From NCBI GenBank assembly GCA_036172245.1, contig JAYWIR010000019.1, positions 248,001 through 312,000 on the forward strand: a DNA stretch of 64,000 nt, in the 5' to 3' direction. Shown here piece by piece: positions 36,130 through 49,250 of the stretch. Each line of letters opens with the position of its first letter. Positions within the stretch are counted from its first letter, which is position 1. The notes beneath the pieces were generated by a model, which was not told the DNA's origin, made no database searches, and saw only the letters and a list, made by a program, of their open reading frames with translations. A program made the position numbers and the translations under genes. The stretch is from Raillietiella orientalis. Taxonomy: Eukaryota.

Positions 36130-36880
36130 AAAAGCCCTAAGGAACCGCTCGCCTCTGCAGGAGGGGCTCGCGGGGCTCTTTGACACGGTCCATGCCCCCT
36201 GAGGATGCATATGAATGCGAACCTTCGCTCCGAGCTAGAGGATACCCCGGAAGGGGACCACCCAATGAATCCACGAAGGCTCCGGAGGAAGGAGTTCGTT
36301 CCCGTTTCCCTTACTCTTGGGGGGGGGGAACCATCCGCTCTGGTTGTCTCCGGAAGGAACAACCAAAGGTCCTCGTCGCTCTGGTTGTCTCCAAAGGAGG
36401 AATCGCAGTGGGAACCTCTTCCCTATTCTTCTCCGGATGTGGGACTCCCCGGATAGGGTCCGCTCCTGGTTTCTCCCTATGAAGGGAACCCCGAAGGGAC
36501 GCTCCCAAATTTCTCTGCAGGACTCTCCCCAAGAGGAGCAGCGCACTTCTTTACATTCTACTTTACACGGTATCAATCCATCATCTCCATGGTACTTGAT
36601 AAAGGGTGGTCTCTCAAAGGAAAGGACAGCTGCATGGTCACAACCAGAGGGGAATGGCTCTTTGATTCCTGAAAGGACATCGGGAGGTCAGCTTCCCGTC
36701 TCAGCGGGGGTGTTCGGTTTCCACAGATGCCGCACCCAAACGGGCTAACCAGAGCCACCCTGCGGGGGGGGCTCGGAATCCATGACGCACCCGTTTCTCG
36801 GCGTCGACCCTTTTCCCGGGTGGGATTCGAACCCGCGGCGCCTGGTGCCACGCCTTGCGGCGATCGCGGCTGCGCGGCCG
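36130..36880 (-). mobile_element. Same SINE family, copy B
   Basis: gtcgacccttttcccgggtgggattcgaacccgcg is the reverse complement of the copy E head; body and gctctttgacacggtcca 3' motif present. Confidence 0.78.
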
Positions 36881-37149
36881 CTAATGCAGGCTGGGAATCG
36901 AAGATGGGCTGGAGAGCTGGACCAGGCTTCTAGAGACACCTCCCGGTGACCCCATGGTCTTCTACTCCACTACTCGACACGATCCTGTTCTTGCGCCTTG
37001 CGCTTCCTATCACGAGGAGGACGTGGCGAAGAGGAGTCGTGCCTGAGGGCGCAGTTTCCTCATGGTGCAGCCGATGCGGCAGGCTATTGACCAGCCGTGC
37101 TGGACCGTGTCGGGCATTAGGAAAGTTTGGAGTGTATTGGTAGAGGGCA

Positions 37150-37660
37150 TATCCTTCCAGAAAGATGCTCCAGGCTGGGCATTGAGGAGATTCTTCTAGG
37201 AAAACTACCTTTACCCTGCCGCCGCGAATGAGGTTCGATCCACTGGATCGCGTTGGCGCTATCCGTGCGGGCGCGAGGTCAACGCGGGAGGGCAGGCATT
37301 AGACTGGTGCTCCATCAATTCGGGAAGCAGTGCGTTGGTCCCGCATGGACCACCAGATTGAGATGGCTGGCTCATCATAAGTATAGAAATCTCCAGGACC
37401 CAATGACACCCTCCCATCTCCCATAGCAGATGCAACCATAGCAATACCCATCCCGCTCTTCACATACATCCGTCCTCCCTCTCAACTCCTTCATTAGTTC
37501 ATCCGCTGAGCTGTGCCGAGGAGACATCCCGCCTTTCCCATGGGATTGTTTCCATGTAAGTAGAAACCCTGGCGCCACAGAGTGCGGGTCACTCTTCTCC
37601 AGAAGCACTTGCCTCCACTCAGTATCGGAGGAGAAGGATGCGGGACTCCGCCCGCACGGG
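37150..37660 (-). mobile_element. Decayed LINE RT fragment
   Basis: GMSPRHSSADEL (GFR..HST.D.L) and WWSMRDQRTASRIDG (W..SFL.DR...RIDG). Confidence 0.45.
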
Positions 37661-38049
37661 GTCAACTCACCTCCACCTCACTTTCGGGATTCACGGCACC
37701 TGACTGCCGGCGAGGCAGGAGGTTTCCCGAGGGATCTCGGGCGGTAGGAAACCTCTAGGAGCGGATGAAACGCGCGTTCGGCTCGCTGAGACGTCGCAAC
37801 CCTTGACTTCTCCTTGAGGACTCGTTCGCTGGGGTGAATTCTTCCAGCATTTCGCCGGAAGCTCTGGAGATACTTTCGGTGGTCGAGAAGAGCTCGTGTC
37901 CCCCCCTCAGGTGGCAGCAGCTGGCGCTGCTGACGTTGCTTCGCTCACTCCCGTGCAACGCGCTTCGTCGCCACTGGACGATGGGGAGAGTCGGTGTCAA
38001 CTGCGCCATGTACGGGGAAAGGGAGACCTCCCCCACCTGCTAGTGACAT

Positions 38050-38720
38050 GTCTACAGTCCTCTATGACTTCAGGCCGCCAGTCCGAACTTGAGGCGCTTG
38101 AGGTTTTAAGAGGCTTACTCTGTATCACTCAATTTGCACGTTGCGAGGAACACGATGGATGGCTAAGCTAAATGACGCCGATTCATAGCAAGCTAGCCAA
38201 TCGGGCTTCAAAGAAGAGCATTGTCAGGGAGACAGTTCCAGCTCGGTTTTGCTCGTCCTGCACACTGTCCATCTTTCATGCAATTGACCAAGCTAACGAC
38301 CCTTACGTGGTGCAAACAGAAGCTAGGCTGAGCTGCATGTTCCATGCGAATGACTTGATGATCTTCTAAAGTCTGACGCATGGGCAGTGATCGAGGAAAT
38401 GGAAGAAGCCCTCCATAAAGCGGACTCTTCTTGAGATGAGTGAGCTAGCCATCCCTTTCATAGATGCAAACTCCTGTGTCCAGCAGCACACGTATGCAAT
38501 CACAATCATCTACAGCTGCTCAGTAACGAAAGGTTACGTGCCTGGACTTGCCTTAGCAGTCTCACGTGGAGAAAACTTGGTTGCGTTAGAGTGGTTCCAA
38601 CACCGAAAAGGGGACGAAGTGGAAGCGGAACGTTCAAAGGGTTTCTGCATGGCCAGGATGAAGCCAGAAGTGACCTCAATGCAGAGAGCCCACAGAGGTA
38701 ATGAATGTCTCAACTGACGA
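38050..38720 (+). mobile_element. Decayed non-LTR RT fragment
   Basis: RLSCMFHANDLMIF resembles SHL.YADDL.IF; stops present. Confidence 0.5.
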
Positions 38721-41700
38721 TGAATTCGAGGGCGAGAAACCAATCGAACCAAATTTTGTCGCTATCATCGCCACCACCACCGCCATGACCAATCATCGAC
38801 CAACAACACCGCCGCCATTATCATCTGAGGGGAGCTGGTGGTGGAAAGCAGAAGAGAAACAGAGTCTTATCTCATGAAGCCAGGTTGGAAGGACCCTGGG
38901 ATGACCTGTTCTCTCAAAACATGAAGCGAGTGCCTGTCGGCAGCCTCGAGTGGTCCTCAGCGGGCCGATTCCGGCAAGCAGAAGAACGGGCCCTGCGGGA
39001 TGAACCCAACGCCGGGTCGCGGCGCTCGCCAGATCCCACGGGAGAGGTTGGCTGCTACGGACGTCAGCACGGCCTTGACCAGGGAAGTCGGGATCCTCCT
39101 GATGGCGCTCGACGACGGCTCGCGCCACGGAATCGCACTCCAGGCAGACCGGTGGTGTTTCATGGCTCACCGCGTATTCTTAGGTTGCATTGTTCCTCGA
39201 CTGCATTGTTGACCCGAAGATGGAAGGCGCTCCAGCGGTCGAGTCAACGCCCAGCCGCCGGGACGGAGCCGTCCGTGCCTCCCGGCGTTCCACCGTCGGA
39301 GGACGGCAAGGAGGTTGCAGCGAGCGAAGATGAGGAAGAGTGCGCGGCGCAAGGGTTTGGTCGCCGCCGTCGGTGCACCAATCTTGCTGATGGTTCTCAG
39401 ATACGCCGGTTACATCTCACCGTGGAGGAAGGAATCCACTCAAACGGCCTTCGGACGTGGTCCAGTCATCCCCAAGTCCTCGGAGGAATCGAAAGAGCCT
39501 GTAGACACAAAGGTATACATCATCCTAGGAGAGAAAAAAAAAAAAAGGAGGAGCAATGCATCCAGCAAATCAACGATAAGCAGCTTTCATGACGACTCTC
39601 TGACATTTTGCATCCTTTTCCCACATGGATAGTCGTGTTCTTTCATTCCACTGCGCCGCATCCTGCACTTTCTTCCTGGAGACTGATCTCACTGGTGAGC
39701 TCACCGGCCCTCTGCCACACACTACGGAAATCTCGAGACTTTGAAGACACTAAATGCGTATTTCTTTCAAAGGCTTATTCTTTGTTCTTTATATTTACAA
39801 GAGATTCCCCTACCTGACCTTATTCAGGATAGAGGGGCCATCAATTCAAATTAGTAAGTAAAATTCGTACAGCGAGAGGACCGGTATGCGTGGTCGCCTC
39901 AATAGAAGACTCACCCTCGCTGCGGTAAAGGAATTGGGAGGGAGGGGGAGCAGTATAGGGAGGCGCAGTTGGGCCAGTAGGTATATAGGGGATGCAATGG
40001 GCCGGCCTCGCGGCTCTCGGCAGGGTTCCCGAAGGCTTGCATAGGGGACGGATGGGTGGGATGCGCTCAGCGCGGCCGGGTCAGTCCACGTCCACAGTAG
40101 CTCAAAGGCACCCACGCATCTCACCTCCCAGAACGGGGCACTTCGACGCCCTCCGCGTGCAGGAGACGGCGGTTGCCAACGGCTGCCAGCCGGGATGACG
40201 GCACGCCGACGACCCTCCGCCTGCAGAGGCTCGCCATGATGACCCTTGCGGCGGCGGCTGGTCGTCTAGGGGAGGTCAGCGCCGCTCCGAAGAGGGATGA
40301 CCCTGCCGCGCGCGAGGAACGCCTGTGACAAAGCTGCCACCACCCCGCAGCGGGTGAGTGAGGGAGAGGAAAGGTGGTGGCGTTTCCCCCTCGTTCCCAA
40401 AGTGATCCCGGCGCGTGGGAGAGATGGCTGCCTGCTCGCCTCGTGGAGACAGAGCGGAGCCATCGATAGGACAGCTGGAGATTCTGGCGCTCCCACCGAG
40501 AAACCGTTTCCACCTTTGATCCCTGGCGTGGTCAGAGGTGCCTCTCGTCAGGTGAAGGGCGGGGTGACCTCCCATGCCGCAAGCGCGTCCGCTTCTTCCT
40601 CCCCCCGTCGATGTATGAGAGGGCACGCGGCATCCTGGAAGATCTCTCGCGCTGGCTTCCGGGGAGCAGGCGTGCACCATCCGGCATCTTGCCGGGGGAG
40701 CGTTCCTGCGGGCGTTCGATGGCAGCCTCTCAGGGGAGAATCATTGCTTTCAGGAGCCTCCACGCGTGCAGAGGATTCCTGACGTCACGCGTTGCTGCTC
40801 GGCGGGCGGCAGGGCATTCGTCTACCCATGATCCTCCAGCTCGTCCACCCCAAGAGAGAGGGACCTCCTTCACCGTGGGGCTGAATGAGTGAGAAGTGGA
40901 TAGGGGAGAAGTGGGTCCAGTGGGTAAATAGGGGATGCAGTGAGGCGGCCTCGCGGCTCTCAGAAGGGTTTGTATCACTCACTTCATGTTTTGGGGTCAG
41001 AGGTCGAGGTTATCCCGGGGTCTCTGCAACCATCTGCTCCACGGGATGAGACTCCACTTCTCTTCAGCTTTCCAGAGCCCTCGAATAATGATGGCAGCGG
41101 TGTCGATGGTGGGTGATTGGCCATGATGACGGTGGGAATCCGAGGGATACGCCAGTCCGCGGCCCTCCGGCAGCGGTGTGGATCGGCCAGCACTCCTCTT
41201 CGTTGGCTGCGGCCTCTTCCTCCACGCCTTGAGGAACTTTCGTGCTTCTTGAGACCTGGCCGGAGCCGCGGTCCGTGCGCCACGCCGATCGCCTGCTTGG
41301 TGTCGTCTTCGTCCGCACGCGCGAACGCTCCGCGCGTCCACCTACGTCTGCGAGCGCAGACAGCACGTACGAGCCTTCTTCTTGTTGTTTTCCTGGAATG
41401 GGGCTTACGAGCGACGGTCGACTTCCGGCACCCTGCGCCACAGGCGACCCGCCGGGCTCCGCGACTCGGCAAGGGAGCATGAGAAATGCCGTGCGTCCCC
41501 CGCCTGCGGCCATTGGGGAGGGGAGCCGAGCCGCCGTGATCACTCAGCGGGAAGACACCTCGGTCCAGCTGCACGCCTGGAGACGTCGCCCGGGGAACTC
41601 CGAGCTCCCGGCCCTGCCAATCGAAGCCTAGCGCTGCTGGCGAGCCGTCATCGTGCACCGGAATGCACCGGATCCTCCCCCGCAATGGGGGTTGTCACCA

Positions 41701-42769
41701 AGCCTTAGCGAACCGTGAGAACCCTGCCTTTTGCGTGCTTCCTCAAGGGCGGCAGGTCGCGGCAGGGGCGGGAGCGCGATCGTCGAGACACTTGGACGGT
41801 GCTGTCCCTTTGGGGCCATCCGGCGACCCATCCTCGCCACGGGCTCCGGCTACCTCTAGCGGTTCCCCGCCAGAGACAAGCCGGCGGTCATCCCCGAGAC
41901 GGAGGAAGAGGCAGACTTCTGCAGTCGCCATCACCTGCACGCGAAGGGTGGATCAATCCGGGATGGGATGCCCGAGGTGGTGATCTCTGAGGACGACTGA
42001 GGGCGGACCGACTGAGAAAGCCATCAACCAGATGCTCGGATATGGATGAGCTCAACTCGGTTGCCACAGTCGCGCGGAAGCTGCTGCGAAAGCTCTCATC
42101 GTTCGGGGAACCGAACTAAAGGAGGTCGTCATGACAACCGCGACCTGGACTCTCGGCGCCGTTATCCAGGTTCCATAGGAGGAATGGTCGAGCGATCCAT
42201 CCTCCGGAGGAATGGCAGGATCCGGGGGAATAACTCTCGTCTTTATCGACGCCACAATCGATTGAATGGGGACGCTCGCAGTGACCTTGAGACGTGCATC
42301 CGACAATGGGCGCGTAAGAATGGAAGCGCGGCCGTTCTAAGCAATTCCCATTCTAAGAGTAGAGGGAGACGTGAGAACTGGGTAAGCGCATAAATCTTCC
42401 ACAAGTCAAGTGCGTAATTAAATGGCGCTCGCGAGCAGATCCCAGGGGCGAAGATGCTGCGTTCGATTTGCCCGATCAGGGGTGCCACTCCTTCTCCTGC
42501 CGGGGGGAAGCCAGCAGCCGGAAAGGGTGCTGATGGCTCCTCCGCCGGAGAGAAGTTGCAAGAATTCCATGCTTACTCCACGCAGATGAGAAGTCCTCGA
42601 GCGCGGATGCGAGGTGGACTCTCCTCACCTGTTCCTAGGCTTAAGGAACGAATGCTTCTCCGGTCCGCTGCTTCCATTTATGGAAATTCGCAAAGGAGAA
42701 AGAAGACAGCCGCGCGCGTCTCCGTGCTCAGGAGAACCTGCGACGCTTGGTCGAGGCCTGAGATGTTCC

Positions 42770-42975
42770 GAGCTTTCCTTATTCTCTGCTTCGCTGAGTG
42801 CTGAAGAACCATTCGCCTCCTCAGGGAGGGGGACTCGCGAAGCTCTTTGACACGGTCCACGTCACTCGAGGGTGCGAATGACTCTTCAAGTGGAGAATAC
42901 CCCGGGAGGGGACCACCCTACGAATCCCGGAAGGTCACCGTCAACCTAGTTGTCTCCGGAAGGAACCCCGAAGGT
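42770..42975 (-). mobile_element. Same SINE family, 3' fragment (copy C)
   Basis: gaagctctttgacacggtccacg...ggggaccaccc...ttgtctccggaaggaaccccgaagg matches copies B and E. Confidence 0.7.
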
Positions 42976-43899
42976 TGTGAAAAAAGAAACTAAAGCGGGT
43001 TGTTTCGAAGCGAATTCTGGAAAAGGTCATCAAGGGTTACCGATTAAACCAGGCTGCGAAGCACAAGTGCCTTTAGCAGCGCCGACAGAAAACGAAAGGT
43101 GTAAGCGGGTCGAGGGCAAGGTTGAGTTCAAAGCCTGCCCAGAGCTCTAACGACCGAAAGACCTCCGGGCGGAGAACTAGAAGGCGTGGTTTCCAGGTGC
43201 CGCTCCAGGGCGTCAGATCTGCACACCTTGCAAGGCTCTCATGGAAAAGTTGGCGGAGGAATGGCGTGTTTATTGGGCAGGCGACCCGCGTGGATCACCT
43301 CTCGATGTCCTCGCCTCACGTGTGCGCTGAAGGTTGAGGAACGAGGTCGCTGCTCTCTCAGGGTGCGCAGCACGCTTCCAGCCGTTCTTCGGGGCTCGAA
43401 AAGGATGGGTCATCGTACAGCATCCTCAAGGAGGAAGCAGGGTCCTTCGAGAACGGTTCCATGCGGGCATGGCTCGCGCATGCTGCTGGGGTTCCGGCCT
43501 TCACTAACAGGTGTCATCTACGCGCGGAGGACTTCGAATTCAACCGCGCCTATATCTCCCGCTCATCCGAGGGAAAGTATGCCGAGAAGGAAGGAGGTGG
43601 TGCGTCGACCTCGCCCCATCGCGCGCCGGAAATGTGACGACACTGGTTCCCGGGCATTTCCTCGCGTAATCCCGAAAACCTTCTGAAATGGGCCGGCAAA
43701 TTCTTGAGTTTGGGGATCAAGTGGGTAGTCGTCGACAGAGACGCCCTCGGGGACTCGACCGTGCAGCGAGGCAGCCACCTTGCGGAGCCGACTCGGGTCC
43801 AAGACTGGAGAAAAGCGACGGCGCTCAGCCAGATCTGACGAACGGGAAGACCACACGAGGTGGCTGCGTGATTCCACACAGCCCCGAGCGGATGAGAAG

Positions 43900-44560
43900 G
43901 AGTGTGAAGATCTTCGCTGGAAATATCTTTCACTGAAGAGATCCACGAGCTGATGCCGCCACCCAGACACGAGGTAGAGGAGGCAGGAGAGAGAGCACAC
44001 CGGTGGCCCCGGATGGACTTTGCCTTCCGAGGCGACGAACGAGCGATGAGTCTGACAGCATCTTGGCGATCCCGGAAGACTCCAGAAAGAGGAAGAAGTG
44101 CAAACACTGGAGTCTGACTCAGCACCCGCATCGGTGCGAACCACCGCTGCAGGAGACCTGGGTGCACGTGAAGACCCCAGGAGAACGCGAAATCAAGAGG
44201 AAGAGAGTCAGGAAAGCTTCGCAGAGATGGGATGCAGCAGCGTACGACTTTCCCGGAAGGTGCACTGGAACCAACGGATGGGGTGAGTGCATGTGATGCA
44301 ACCTACAAGCGGGAAAATTCTGAGGTGCCGCTGTTGGAAGAGCAAGATGCAGGAAGCGGTGGAAATGTCCGATAATCCTTCCTGGTATTTTGTGGACGCT
44401 ACGTCAGGATTTCTTTCTGCAAACATCATCAGTGCTTTGCTGAGGAAGAGGAGGGAACGCGCCCTTGAGTTAGAAAAGTACCGTGCTTCAGTTCCCATGG
44501 TCACGTAACTGCGCTTCCTTTCTTTAAAATACCCCTGACCATTCTCTTTTTGGGGACTTT
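43900..44560 (+). mobile_element. Possible decayed LINE RT fragment
   Basis: ILAIPEDSRK..WSLT and YFVDATSGF weakly echo IIPI.K.GK..ISLT and VF.D...AF. Confidence 0.3.
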
Positions 44561-44999
44561 GTGGATTTCCATCTGTGAACATCAAAGAAATGAGACGCCA
44601 CTCCTTAGTCTCATGGAATTATGCAGGACACCACCCAGGGGTTCCGGAATAGCCGATGATTTCAAAACACCGCGGAAGCTGCTGGGAAAAAACGCAGAAG
44701 CTACTTTGATGTCACTGGAACTGAATTTGCAGCAGAGACAGGACGCATAAGAATGCCCTGAACTGTGCCGGCGTCATGCAGGAGGGGCACCTCCATCAGA
44801 AAGAGGACCAGCAACTACATCTTTGGCAAATTCCAACTCTTCTTGAAACCCTTTCTGATCTTGGACTGGTCAGTCCGAGAAATTTCGGACGCTGTGGCAC
44901 TAAGCGTTCTTGACCATGGTCTGCACTGGTGGGCATACAGTCTTGACGTTCTCCTTGATGAACCAGTGGTTCCTACCATCCTCCTGGAAGGTTCCGTGC

Positions 45000-45210
45000 T
45001 TCTCATCCTCCCTTATCCTCTCTTCCTCTTCCTCCTTCCTCCTCTTCCTCTTCCTTCTCGCTCAATCTTCGTCCTCTTCTCCCCATTCTCCTTCCCTCCT
45101 CTTCTTCCCCCTCCTCCTTTCTTCTCCTCTTCTTTCTCCTCCTCCCTTCCCCTCCTCTTCTCCGTCTTCCTTCTGCTCCTTTCCCCCTCCTTCCTACTTC
45201 CCATCTTCAT
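45000..45210 (+). repeat. CT-rich low-complexity tract
   Basis: (CCT/CTT)n; similar tracts at 8330-8510, 28035-28175 and 47530-47660. Confidence 0.9.
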
Positions 45211-46299
45211 GCAACTACACTCTTCTTGCACTGGGGTTTCCCCCGTGCACAAACTCCGGAACCATTGGAGGAGAGGGAACGCGTCCAGAAAGGGCGACAG
45301 GTGGGCGGGGCTAGTGGACTCTTGAGCCCACCCACAGCGGATGGTAGCCGCCACGCTTCCGCCCTGAAGACTCTCTTCGGCAGCTTCTGAGGCGGTGCCG
45401 CCGCCCCGCACCCGAGCAGTTGTCGCGAGCCTCCAAGCGGCGGCAGCAGCACCAGAGGCCGGCCGTTCGGTGTCGTCCACGACGAGGAGGGTGGGAGGGT
45501 GACCTCCTGGTCTTCGGTCGACAACTGAGGAGAACATGCCTCCCGGGTCAGATTCTCATGGCCTTCCCGGGCTGCGAGAAAGCCACGAGAACACGGGCGC
45601 ATTGCAAGAACGCGGTGATCCTGCCTTTTCCCGCATCCCGGAGGCGACGACGAGCGCTCCAACCCGACGCTTCTCCCGTATCGCGCACTCACCTCTCCCT
45701 TTTTCGTTTCCCTTGACCCCTCTTCGGCTTGCGGGTTTTCTCCTTGGAAACCGACCAGTGTGAAGGACTCTCCCCGAATCGTGCCCTCAGGGCACGTCAC
45801 TGGATGTTCCCTTTCATTTAGCGCCCTGGAGTGACCTCCTTATCCCGCAAAGCCCGGTAATTTATTCAAATTAAATAAATCAAAACAAATACCATTGGAT
45901 ATGCGTCTAAACGTAACCTAGAGCAACTACCCTCCCGAGGACAGAACTAGAAGGGAATCGAAGGTTGGTCAATAAATAAATAAATGAATGGGAATGGGTT
46001 GGGCTCAGCGTGATTCTCGAGGATCTGTGTAAGGAAAGGACAAGTGTGTCCTACTGGTATCACCCATCATCGTTCCCTCGAACTTTTCACCCCAAATTGG
46101 TCCAATTCATCTTCCTTCGCATCCAGGCGACGATGCAGCTCTCTGGAACGACTGCCTCACTCTTCCTATTGCGACAATCGCCGCTCACGTGTCATGGGAT
46201 CTCCAGCAAGGAGGCAGCTAGGTCGGTCCTCAAACGAGCCCTGAGGCGTGAAATCGGGGAAAACGAAGCCTCCAGCGGATGACCGGTCGAAAAGTTCAA

Positions 46300-46620
46300 A
46301 CTGCTGTCCCGCAGCGGAACTCCGGCGAGTCGTTCTGAGACATGCATCCCGTGGTCAGTGGTCAGGATTCCCGGAGGATGCAGGGTCCCACTTTTCAGAG
46401 CTGAGAACGAGGAATGGGACAGCCGAGAGGAGCCCAAGGGCATCGAGGAACACAACGCTCTTGATCCTGCAGGGAAACCGGGAAGGATTCCTGGAGCCAC
46501 TCCAGCGCAGGCGGAGGCATCGAAGGCAGCAGGCAACTCTGTCGGGGAATCGGCATCCTGGAGGGCGTGTGGATCCCCCGCTGTCGACGGGAGATTTGCG
46601 CCGGAGGTCGAGCACTAGTG
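46300..46620 (-). mobile_element. Decayed LINE RT fragment
   Basis: KSVVFLDALGLLSAVPFLVL resembles VVFLD.SKAFDSVPH..L. Confidence 0.4.
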
Positions 46621-47669
46621 ACCCTCTGACCAGCCTGCTGGGACCCCAGCGAGTCCTCGCGTCGCTCCCGGGAACGTCCGAATAGGCGGGAAACGGGAAG
46701 CTGGATGGAGACCGCCGCAAGCTCTGGGGAGGCAGAGGACTTCTTCTTGGTCCCTGGGAGCCGCGGAGGGACGTGGCAGATCGAAAGGATGGTCTGAGCT
46801 GCCAGACTGATTGACCTTCGAGCGTCTGCGTGGATGCGACGCCGACTCGGCCGTCGGACGGACGGAAGAGGTGCTGTCGGGACCAACCCTCGATGAGGAC
46901 ACGGTGGGTGGCGAAATTTGCCGCGCGGGAGCCTGTCGCCCTTCCTCATCTTTCCGGAAATTTTGTGACGCAGAGCCGTTTCGCATTCGGTCCGCAGCTC
47001 GTGGGGGGAATTAGGGAAATAGGCGGATGGGGATTCCTGCTAAGCCTTCGACTTCTGCTGATGGAAATTTAGTGCAGCTTCCGCGTTCCAGCTGGACCTT
47101 CGCTCAGCTGCGGGTTACCGTCGGTTATTTTTATTTACCTAAATCTCTTCTTCGCTTTTCCCAGTTATATTGAATTCCCTCCGATGGAGTTGGATTCCAG
47201 CAAGATTGACGCGTTCCCTGGCAACAGATATTTCCTCCTCTCTGCAGTTTCTTTTCAGTCCTTTCAGATCCGCCCCACTTTTTGATCTCTTGACGCCATC
47301 CATCTCGATCACGAATTCGGAAGCATCTCTCTTCCTTCGAGAGTTTGTTCCCCTAATTCTTACTGCTTTATCTGTCTCTCGGAAGCTGCACTCCCATTCC
47401 TCACGAGAGTCGGCCGCGAGAACCTGCACGAAACCAACTCCGCGGCTGCCGATCCAGCTTCCGCATCTCTCCCGTGCCAGTTGGACGAGAAACCCTGGCG
47501 CTAGAAGGGGGTCCTTGCGTGAAGATGTGGAGAAAGGGAGGAGGGGGAGAAGATAATGAAGAGAGAAAAGAGGAAAAGGAGGGATAGGAAGGGAGGAAGA
47601 AAAAGAGAAGAGGAGGAAGAAGGAAGGAATGAGCGGATGAGGAGGAGGAGGAAGGATGGACATGAGGAA

Positions 47670-48215
47670 TCCCTAGGGAAACCCTCGCCCTAGTTGTCTC
47701 CGAAGGGAACCTCTTCCTCATCCTCTCCAGAGGGACCCCCTGCAGGGGGTCATTCAATTCTTCTCTAGAGGGAACCCTCAAGGGAACCTCTTGTTTACTC
47801 CTCTGAAGAGAATCCCGAAGGGACGCTTCCCGAATTCTGTAGAGGGCGCTCCCCGAAGGGAACAGCGCGCTTCTTAATACCTGGGGAGGATGAGGCAACC
47901 CCCTTAAGGAGGTATCAACCACCTCCGTGGTAGGCGACGCAGGGTCTCTTCTCCATGGGGAAGCAGCTCCATCTTCACAGCCGAAAGGAAACCCCGAAGG
48001 GCTCCTTGATGTCTTGGAAGGACACCGAAGAGTCGATTTCTAATCCCGGACAGTCAGGTGGGAAATCCGCCTCCCACCAGTCCCTCACCCGAAGCAGCCA
48101 AGGCTAACCGTCGCCATGCCGCTGGTCGAACTCGAAACCCACGACGCATCCCCCGTTCTCGGTGTGAATCCTTCCTCGAACGGGATTCGAACCCGCGACG
48201 CCCGGTTGCTGCGTT
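47670..48215 (-). mobile_element. Same SINE family, copy D
   Basis: gggattcgaacccgcgacgcc head near 48182-48202; body ctcctctgaagagaatcccgaagggacgcttcccg. Confidence 0.75.
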
Positions 48216-48499
48216 TCGCGGAGGCCGCAGCTGCAGGACTGTCCACGCAGGCTTTATTTACTTTTGCCTTCCTTGTTTTGGGAGGGGACAGCCTGATCAA
48301 TCATGGAAGAGGCAGCATCTCCATATGGGGCCGATGCGAATGCGAAGAGAGCAAGGATTGGTCCTTGGTGCGAGCGGCCACCGTGAAGCCTTCGGCAGCA
48401 GGAGCGATGGGTAACGGGAGACCTACAGGTCACCGGAAACCGACGCACACTGGGCGGAGCGCCCGGTGTGCGCCCAAATACACGAGGCATCCTCGAAGC

Positions 48500-49250
48500 G
48501 CCTGCTGGAAACATCGGCCGTAGGAATGGCAGCAGTGTCCGGAGCACTGTCTACGTACTCGGCCAGAGTCACCAGCAACTTTCAAACTCTGTTTGTGGAA
48601 GATGGTCATCCCTGCTCAGGGACCATGCTGATCTTCCCTGCATTACTCCAGTTTTAGTATATATACGGCCAGAGAGTGTACAGAGTCAAACACGTGACGA
48701 AAACGTTTCGCTTCTGCCTCGCCATCATCCCGCATCTTTGTTTATCTCCGATCCCCTCTACGAAATTCGTGAGCTCGCCACCCGCTGCTGCCAGCTGCTG
48801 TAGGCAGTGGTCCACCGCCCGGGATGATGCCGTTCTCAAGAAGTGCAGTTCGGTCATGAAGAGACGAAAATGAGGAGGGAAAGAGGAAGTTTCTACCCCA
48901 TCGGCCGCATCTCCTCACCCTCACACGTGGCAAATAGCAAGCTCGAAGAAAAGCGCGTCGCCACATCCCAGCTGCCTTCAGGCACGAGGATACCACGGCC
49001 ATCACCCGCGTCAAGGAATTTACGTCCTTCATTTGTCCTCGCGCTGTCGCTGCGCGCTTTGGAGTGGCGTCCCTTTTTCCAGCTACACTCATCAGCGAAT
49101 ACAGGGATATCCCCTTCCTCCGTCTCATGTCCATCAACGAGAAAAAATGAGCGCCCCTCGAGGCCCATGGCACCGTGCCACGCACAACACCATTGGCAGC
49201 ACAAACTGGGCGCCGTTGCCATTGTGGGATCAGCTGAAAATGGCTCCGCT
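48500..49250 (-). mobile_element. Decayed non-LTR retrotransposon RT fragment (RTE-like)
   Basis: Minus-strand remnants in the expected order: KGISLYSLMSVAGK (YRGISLLS..GK), TKTGVMQG (TGVRQG), LAEYVD (YADD); frameshifted. Confidence 0.62.

Noticed and set aside
38710..38745. Hammerhead-like CTGACGA...GAAAC
   Set aside because: Stem II does not pair convincingly, and stems I and III were not found.
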